From Gemelliphila palaticanis (GTDB taxonomy: Bacteria > Bacillota > Bacilli > Staphylococcales > Gemellaceae): a stretch of DNA of 24,000 nucleotides. Both the position numbers and the translations under genes were made by a program. Of the stretch, positions 18,677 to 24,000 are shown piece after piece; within the stretch, counting starts at the first letter, position 1; every line of letters begins with the position of its first letter. The notes below the pieces were generated by a model that was given only the letters and a program-made list of their open reading frames with translations, did not search any database and had not been told where the DNA came from. The stretch is from assembly GCF_013415235.1 (NCBI RefSeq), contig NZ_JACBYF010000001.1, one strand, 5' to 3'.

Positions 18677-18689
18677 AAACTATTTTATT

Positions 18690-18980
18690 TTAAAAGAATA
18701 AAGATATACCATGTACTGTAAGTGATTTTAAGAATAAAAATCCTTCCATAGCTATAGTTAAATGTTCTTCTTTTAATTTTACACTCTTATGCACATATAT
18801 TTCTAATTCTTCAGTTGAGAAATGATTATACTCATCTAATTTTTTGGGTTTACCTACTGTCACAGTAGCTACATTTTGAGGTCCGCCTCAACAACTAAAT
18901 GCTTTTACTGATATAGATAATTCTTTTATATTTTTTTTTGATATATATTTTTTTGCATCATCTTCTATTATAAATTTCAT
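18690..18980 (-). CDS. Candidate small selenoprotein (96 codons) with in-frame TGA at 18888-18890 in a Cys-Sec-Gly-Gly-Pro context; HesB/IscA-like
   Basis: My minus-strand translation: MKFIIEDDAKKYISKKNIKELSISVKAFSC[TGA]GGPQNVATVTVGKPKKLDEYNHFSTEELEIYVHKSVKLKEEHLTIAMEGFLFLKSLTVHGISLFF, ending in TAA. AAGGAG lies 7 nt upstream of the ATG (18978-18980). The ATG is 2 nt after the upstream gene's stop. After the TGA, 65 stop-free codons continue in the same frame. Confidence 0.6.
18854..18890 (-). promoter_or_regulatory. Candidate bacterial SECIS region downstream of the in-frame UGA
   Basis: In the mRNA, UGAGG-CGGA-CCUCA (18890-18877) is a 5-bp stem that includes the UGA. A second hairpin, CUACUG-UGA-CAGUAG (18868-18854), places a G-containing apical loop about 26 nt after the UGA. 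Confidence 0.4.
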
Positions 18981-18982
18981 TT

Positions 18983-19630
18983 TTACTCCTTTATAAAATC
19001 TTCATATGTATAATAAATTTTAGTATCATTTTTTAAAGTATAATAAATCATTGTTTTTGCTAAATTTTCTACTTTTATAGGTTTGTAATTAATAAACTTT
19101 CCAAAAAATAAATTTGATAATACTGGTAAAATTTTCATACCAAAACTTTCTAATATTCTATTATCATTTCTTTTAGCTATTAGTAGTGATGGTTGAAATA
19201 TTCTCAAATAATTTATTCTCAATTTTTTTAGACTTTCTTCTAATAAGCCTTTTGTATTAAGATAGAAATTACTACTATTAGAATTTGCCCCTATTGAAGA
19301 TACAATATTAAAACTATTAACTCTATTTTCACACAATTTAGCAACATTTATAATATAAGTATAATCTACTTTAAATTGATTTTCTTTTGTTTTAGCAACT
19401 TTTATAGTAGTCCCTAATGCACAATATACATCAGCGTTATTTAAAATTTCTAAATCAAATTTAATATTTTCAAAATCTATAACAATAGGAATAAAATCAC
19501 CTTTATTCGAAATATTAAGAATAGACTTCCTACCTAAAACATATATTTCACTATATCTAGGCTCTAATAAAATATTTTTTAATAATTCTTTACCTACAGC
19601 TCCTGTAGCACCTAAAATTACTGCTTTCAT
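18983..19630 (-). CDS. NAD(P)H-binding Rossmann-fold protein (atypical SDR-like)
   Basis: 215 aa. The N-terminus MKAVILGATGAVGKELL carries the GxxGxxG dinucleotide-binding motif. The specific function is not inferable. Confidence 0.75.
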   Translation of the reverse strand: MKAVILGATGAVGKELLKNILLEPRYSEIYVLGRKSILNISNKGDFIPIVIDFENIKFDLEILNNADVYCALGTTIKVAKTKENQFKVDYTYIINVAKLCENRVNSFNIVSSIGANSNSSNFYLNTKGLLEESLKKLRINYLRIFQPSLLIAKRNDNRILESFGMKILPVLSNLFFGKFINYKPIKVENLAKTMIYYTLKNDTKIYYTYEDFIKE

Positions 19631-19640
19631 AATTATATTT

Positions 19641-20273
19641 TTATATAAAAGTAGTTATTTTTTCAGCAGGTAATCTATAAGTTTCTCTACCTTCTTTTGC
19701 TGGTTTTCCAATAGCTACTATCATAACTGGTACATATCTTTCTTTATCGAACCCTAGTGCTTCAACAATATTCTTATGATCAAATCCACCAATCGCATTT
19801 GTTTCATATCCGTGTGCTCTAGCAACAAGCATTAACTGCATAGCTGCTAAACTAGAATCAATTTTTACAATATCATTCATTTGAGACTCAGTAAGACTAT
19901 CATACAAACCTACAAAATTAGGAAGAATTTGCTCTTTAACTTCTTTTGGCATATACCCTTTTTCTACTGCTTTTGTATATATTTCTTCTGCATATTCTTG
20001 AGGATTTTTATCTCCTAATATAACTATCATAGCTGATGACGTATCATTTTGTCTTTGATTGAATGAAACTAATGGTCTTAATTTATTTTTACCTTCTTCT
20101 GTATCTACAACAACAAATCTCCAAGGTTGGAAATTTAAAGAAGATGGAGCTGTTACAGTTTCGTTAATAATTTCTGTAAGTTCTTCTCTAGAAATTTTTA
20201 AATTAGCATCGAACTCTTTAACTGATCGTCTTTCTAACACTATATTTTTAAAATCATTATTTATTATAGTCAT
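19641..20273 (-). CDS. Nitroreductase-family (FMN-dependent) oxidoreductase
   Basis: 210 aa. Nitroreductase-family features are present: RRSVKEF near the N-terminus and PSSLNFQPWRFVVV. RBS AAGGAG. Confidence 0.85.
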   Translation of the reverse strand: MTIINNDFKNIVLERRSVKEFDANLKISREELTEIINETVTAPSSLNFQPWRFVVVDTEEGKNKLRPLVSFNQRQNDTSSAMIVILGDKNPQEYAEEIYTKAVEKGYMPKEVKEQILPNFVGLYDSLTESQMNDIVKIDSSLAAMQLMLVARAHGYETNAIGGFDHKNIVEALGFDKERYVPVMIVAIGKPAKEGRETYRLPAEKITTFI

Positions 20274-20306
20274 TATTATTCTCCTTAAATATTAATTATT
20301 TTATTT

Positions 20307-20900
20307 TTAAAAATTTAATTTAGCATCGTTTAATCGTCTATCATATCCATTTTCAATTAAATCAACTTTTCCATTATCTGGGTCTATTACTAAACCATGA
20401 ACGTAAACATTTTTAGGAATTAAAGGATGATTAACGATTAAATCAATATCGTGTTTTACGCTATCTTTTACATCCTCAAATCCTTGTAACCATTCTTTTA
20501 AATCGATACCAGAGTATTTTAATATTTTAAATGTTTCATCCGAAACTCCTCTTTTCCACATTTCTTTTATTAAACTATTTGTATCTATATTTTGCATACC
20601 ACAGTCATAATGACCCATAACTATAATTTCTTCTGCTTTTAGTAAATAAACAGCTATTATTAAACTTCTTAAAATAGATCCGTAAGGGTGACTTAATATA
20701 GCCCCTGCATTTTTTATTACTTTTACATCTCCGCTACTTAAATTTAACGATTTTGTAGCTAACTCTACTAATCTAGTATCCATACAAGTAACCATAACTA
20801 CTTTTTTAGCAGGATATTTATCTTCTGTAAGATATTCTTTATAGTCTTTATTTTCAACAAATTTCTTATTATATTCTAATATTTCTTCTAATAGTCTCAA
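20307..20900 (-). CDS. Beta-class carbonic anhydrase; TTG start
   Basis: 197 aa. The zinc ligands and catalytic dyad are present as CMDTR and HYDCG. The start codon is TTG (20898-20900), with AAGGAG 8 nt upstream and immediately after the rho stop. The next in-frame Met would delete conserved N-terminal sequence. Confidence 0.88.
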   Translation of the reverse strand: MRLLEEILEYNKKFVENKDYKEYLTEDKYPAKKVVMVTCMDTRLVELATKSLNLSSGDVKVIKNAGAILSHPYGSILRSLIIAVYLLKAEEIIVMGHYDCGMQNIDTNSLIKEMWKRGVSDETFKILKYSGIDLKEWLQGFEDVKDSVKHDIDLIVNHPLIPKNVYVHGLVIDPDNGKVDLIENGYDRRLNDAKLNF

Positions 20901-20912
20901 TAAATATTCTCC

Positions 20913-22184
20913 TTAATTTTTATCTATAAATTTCATTAATTCTTCTACATATTCTTTATTTGAATTATATTTTTTCAGGTGGTTAAGAACTCCTATTGTA
21001 GGTTCACTAACCTCTGATAACTTAATTCTAGTATTAGTAATGACCGCTAATTCTTCTTTATTTAGAAGTAAATCTTCTTTTCTAGTTGAACTTTTAGAAA
21101 AATCTATCGCTGGAAAAATTCGTTTTTGTGCTAAATCAGGAGATAAAACTAACTCCATATTTCCGGTACCTTTAAATTCTTCAAAAATTAAATCATCCAT
21201 TCTAGAACCTGTATCAACTAGTGCTGTAGCAATAATTGTCAAACTGCCTCCACCTTCAACATTTCTTGCTGCTCCAAAAAATGCTTTTGGTTTGTTTAAA
21301 CTATAAGGGTCTACTCCTCCAGACAATACTTTTCCACTACTTGGCAGAACTATATTATATGCTCTAGCAAGTCTTGTTATACTATCCATTAAAATTATAA
21401 CATCTTGCCCTAACTCAACTCTTCGTTTAGCATGTTCAATAACTAACTCTGCAACCTTAACATGATTTTCTGGTCGCTCGTCAAATGTAGAGCTAACTAC
21501 ATCTGCTCCTTGTACTGATCTTTCCATATCAGTAACTTCTTCTGGACGCTCATCTATCAATAATATTATCAACTTCTTATCAGGATAATTTTTTCTAATA
21601 GAATTGGCTATTTCTTTTAAAAGAGTCGTTTTTCCTACTTTAGGAGGAGCAACAATAAGTCCTCTTTGCCCAAATCCTATAGGCGCTACTAAATCTATAA
21701 ATCTAGTAGATAATTTCTCTTTAATTGTTTCTAATTTTATTTTTTCATTAGGATAAATTGGTGTTAAGGCCTGAAAGTGTGGTCTAGATTTTATCTCTTC
21801 TGCATTAACTCCATTAATAAAATCTACTTGTAAAAGACCGTAATACTTTTCATTTTCTTTTGGTTTTCTAACTTTACCAGTAACTTCGTCTCCTTTTTTT
21901 AGCTCAAATCTCCTTATTTGAGAAGCAGATATATAAATGTCAACTTCTCCTTTATTGTAGTTTACTGTTCTTAAAAAACCAAAACCTTGCTCCGGATGAA
22001 TATCATCTAGTACTCCAGATAAATAGTAGTTACCATCTTTTTCCATTTCTTTTTCTAAGATTGCAAGTACTAACTCTTTTTTATTTAGTGTAGAATATCT
22101 TGTTATACCAAATTCTTTAGCTTTTAAAGTAAGTTCTTTGGTTGTTTGAGTCTTGTATAAATCGTCAAAACTTTTATAATTCAT
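20913..22184 (-). CDS. rho: Transcription termination factor Rho
   Basis: 423 aa with an N-terminal Rho_N/CSD-like RNA-binding domain. Walker A is [15 protein letters not shown]. The remaining ATPase domain motifs are present. Confidence 0.97.
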   Translation of the reverse strand: MNYKSFDDLYKTQTTKELTLKAKEFGITRYSTLNKKELVLAILEKEMEKDGNYYLSGVLDDIHPEQGFGFLRTVNYNKGEVDIYISASQIRRFELKKGDEVTGKVRKPKENEKYYGLLQVDFINGVNAEEIKSRPHFQALTPIYPNEKIKLETIKEKLSTRFIDLVAPIGFGQRGLIVAPPKVGKTTLLKEIANSIRKNYPDKKLIILLIDERPEEVTDMERSVQGADVVSSTFDERPENHVKVAELVIEHAKRRVELGQDVIILMDSITRLARAYNIVLPSSGKVLSGGVDPYSLNKPKAFFGAARNVEGGGSLTIIATALVDTGSRMDDLIFEEFKGTGNMELVLSPDLAQKRIFPAIDFSKSSTRKEDLLLNKEELAVITNTRIKLSEVSEPTIGVLNHLKKYNSNKEYVEELMKFIDKN

Positions 22185-22233
22185 TTAATCACTCTTTCTA
22201 ATATTTTATAATACTACTATTTTATCACAAATT

Positions 22234-22280
22234 GAAATAAAAATAGATGGATATGAATTTTAAAATTCATACCCATCTAT
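22234..22280 (-). terminator. Rho-independent terminator after the globin gene, separating the metK-globin unit from rho
   Basis: A near-perfect hairpin of about 17 bp spans 22243-22280. Its single mismatch is A·C in plus-strand RNA but G·U in minus-strand RNA, which fits minus-strand function. It is followed on the minus strand by UUUUAUUU. Confidence 0.8.
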
Positions 22281-22288
22281 ATATAACT

Positions 22289-22654
22289 CTAATTAGTTTT
22301 CACAGTATTTATCATATGCATTCCTAACATTTTTATCTTTTTATTTAAAAAATATTTAATAGAACTATCTAACTCTATTTTGTCTATTGCTTTTTCAAAA
22401 TCTTCTATCCAATAATGAGCTACTTCTTTAGATATAGGAAAATTCATATGTTTTTCTTTTAAATCTGGCATTTTCATTATATTAGTAGGAGCACCTAAAA
22501 AGATTCTAAAAAAAACTTTTTGCTCTTTTTTTACATTTTCAAAACCATCATGGAATAAAAGGTTTATCCTATCATCATTAGCGATAATATCATCATATAA
22601 TACATCTATTAATAAATCTATTTTTTCTTCACCTATTTGTTCATATAAATTCAT
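22289..22654 (-). CDS. Truncated (2-on-2) hemoglobin-like globin
   Basis: 121 aa. The pattern is LYEQIGEEKIDLLIDVLYDDI...KEQKVFFRIFLGAP...KHMNFPISKEVAHYWIEDFEKAI, which matches the bacterial-like globin layout including the proximal His context. The Gly-Gly motifs are degenerate. Confidence 0.65.
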   Translation of the reverse strand: MNLYEQIGEEKIDLLIDVLYDDIIANDDRINLLFHDGFENVKKEQKVFFRIFLGAPTNIMKMPDLKEKHMNFPISKEVAHYWIEDFEKAIDKIELDSSIKYFLNKKIKMLGMHMINTVKTN

Positions 22655-22661
22655 ATACTAC

Positions 22662-23840
22662 CTACTGTAACAATTTTTTAAATATTTCTACTTTATCTAG
22701 CTTTTCCCAAGTAAAGTCTTCGTCATTTCTTCCAAAATGACCATAAGAAGCGGTTTTACTAAATATAGGGCGTCTTAATTCTAAAGTTTCAATTATACCG
22801 TTTGGTGTTAGTCTAAAGTTTTCTTTTATGACTTTTACTATATCTCCTTCATCAACTTTAGCTGTACCAAAAGCATCTATAAATATTGATACTGGATTAG
22901 CTACACCTATAGCATAAGCAAGTTGTACCTCAACTTTATCGCATACTCCACTAGCTACAATGTTTTTAGCTATATATCTTGCCATATATGCTGCTGAGCG
23001 ATCTACTTTAGTAGCATCTTTACCACTAAATGCTCCTCCTCCATGACGAGCATATCCCCCATAAGTATCAACTATAATTTTTCTTCCTGTTAAACCAGCA
23101 TCTCCTACAGGTCCACCTATAACAAATCTACCAGTAGGGTTTATAAAATATTTTGTATTTTCATCTAATAACTTTTCATCTAGACAAGGTATTATTACAT
23201 GCTCTTTTATATCTTTATGTATTTGTTCTTGTGATATTTCTTCGCTATGTTGAGTTGATACTACTACTGTATCAATTCTAGTAGCTACATTATTAAGATC
23301 ATATTCAACTGTAACTTGAACTTTCCCATCTGGTCTTAAATATGGTAAAGTTCCATTTTTTCTAACTTCTGCTAATCTATAAGATAATTTATGACTTAAA
23401 TATATAGGTAAAGGCATATAGTCACTAGTTTCATTAGTAGCGAAACCAAACATTAATCCTTGATCCCCTGCTCCAACTTCTCCGTCTTCTTGTCCTTTTG
23501 TTTCTACTGCACTATCTACTCCCATAGCTATATCTGATGATTGTTTATCTAGTGCTACTAGTACTGATATTGCATCTCCAGAATAACCACTATTTGGATT
23601 ATCGTAACCTATTTTATTAATAGTTTCTCTTACTACTTTTTGAAAATCCACATTAGCTGTTGTAGATATTTCACCTATTAATACTGCTAATCCTGTATTT
23701 ACTGCTGTTTCACAAGCTACACGACCATAAGGATCTTGTTTTAAGACTTCATCTAATACTGCATCGGATATTTGATCTGCTATTTTATCTGGATGACCTT
23801 CTGTTACTGATTCTGATGTAAATAAATATGTTTTTGCCAT
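22662..23840 (-). CDS. metK: S-adenosylmethionine synthetase
   Basis: 392 aa from [26 protein letters not shown]. The canonical MetK motifs GAGDQG and GGGAFSGKD are present. An AGAGGAG RBS lies upstream of the ATG at 23838-23840. The track start at 23921 is a TTG inside the riboswitch terminator and is spurious. Confidence 0.97.
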   Translation of the reverse strand: MAKTYLFTSESVTEGHPDKIADQISDAVLDEVLKQDPYGRVACETAVNTGLAVLIGEISTTANVDFQKVVRETINKIGYDNPNSGYSGDAISVLVALDKQSSDIAMGVDSAVETKGQEDGEVGAGDQGLMFGFATNETSDYMPLPIYLSHKLSYRLAEVRKNGTLPYLRPDGKVQVTVEYDLNNVATRIDTVVVSTQHSEEISQEQIHKDIKEHVIIPCLDEKLLDENTKYFINPTGRFVIGGPVGDAGLTGRKIIVDTYGGYARHGGGAFSGKDATKVDRSAAYMARYIAKNIVASGVCDKVEVQLAYAIGVANPVSIFIDAFGTAKVDEGDIVKVIKENFRLTPNGIIETLELRRPIFSKTASYGHFGRNDEDFTWEKLDKVEIFKKLLQ

Positions 23841-23873
23841 AAAAAACTCCTCTTTTTTAATTATATAATTAAC

Positions 23874-24000
23874 AAAAAAACCTCGTAATACAACGAGGTT
23901 TTTTTTGTCCTCATCGTTCAAAGTAAATCTTTGCTCAGGTTAGCACCTTAGTAAAAACTAGGTTGCTGGAGGTCATAGGGCCTTGTCCCTCACTCACTCT
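23874..24000 (-). promoter_or_regulatory. SAM-I (S-box) riboswitch with terminator expression platform; the 5' end (P1 5' strand) is cut by the window edge
   Basis: The minus strand reads AGAGTGAGTGAGGGACAAGGCCCTATGACCTCCAGCAACCTAGTTTTTACTAAGGTGCTAACCTGAGCAAAGATTTACTTTGAACGATGAGGAC. This matches the S-box core (GAGGGA..GGCCC.ATGA..CAGCAACC...AAGGTGCTAA..GAGCA...GAACGATGAG). It is followed by the terminator AACCTCG-loop-CGAGGTT plus T7 (23874-23900). Confidence 0.88.

Noticed and set aside
18888-18890. In-frame TGA explained by an alternative genetic code (TGA as Trp in code 4, or as Gly in code 25)
   Set aside because: All other long conserved genes here (obg, lysS, rho, metK, ulaG and others) are intact under the standard code with Trp encoded by TGG. 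A TGA-sense organism would show many in-frame TGAs breaking the standard-code ORF track. Recent pseudogenisation remains a live alternative and is listed under the finding.
18931-18939. A9/T9 homopolymer inside the candidate selenoprotein gene as a phase-variation switch
   Set aside because: Runs of 7-9 A/T are frequent throughout this AT-rich window, in both genes and intergenic regions. Nothing singles this one out.
17339-21306. Antisense ORFs 17339-17557, 20059-20295 and 21040-21306
   Set aside because: They are shadow frames inside guaD, the nitroreductase gene and rho respectively.

Overview
This is an AT-rich chromosomal segment from a low-GC Gram-positive bacterium. The evidence for that is an LPXTG-type anchor, an S-box riboswitch and sigma-A-like promoters. 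Most of it is housekeeping and metabolic genes, mainly on the minus strand. From left to right: a truncated hypothetical gene; an ACT-domain gene and obg; a three-tRNA cluster (Asn-GTT, Ser-TGA, Gly-TCC) with a consensus promoter; lysS; a 933-aa LPATG-anchored OB-fold/EEP surface nuclease on the plus strand; and a BglG/PRD-family regulator. Next is a complete L-ascorbate (ula) utilisation cluster, ulaA-B-C-D-E-F on the minus strand and ulaG divergent. After that come a guaD plus NCS2 permease operon, a lone ComK-family gene, and a tightly packed operon of rho, beta-carbonic anhydrase, nitroreductase and an NAD(P)H-binding protein. The window ends with a truncated-globin gene and metK behind a SAM-I riboswitch that runs off the right edge. 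The most interesting item is missing from the ORF track: a 96-codon ORF (18690-18980, minus) at the tail of the rho operon. It carries an in-frame TGA in a Cys-TGA-Gly-Gly-Pro context with hairpins just downstream, so it is a candidate small HesB/IscA-like selenoprotein. I found no CRISPR array, transposase, integrase or recognisable defence system. Several intergenic structures remain unexplained: TGTACAAT repeats in the ula control region, a 280-bp region upstream of guaD with no purine riboswitch, and large palindromes. Five ORF-track starts look over-extended and were re-placed using RBS positions. All calls come from reading the sequence and recalling protein families; no searches were run.
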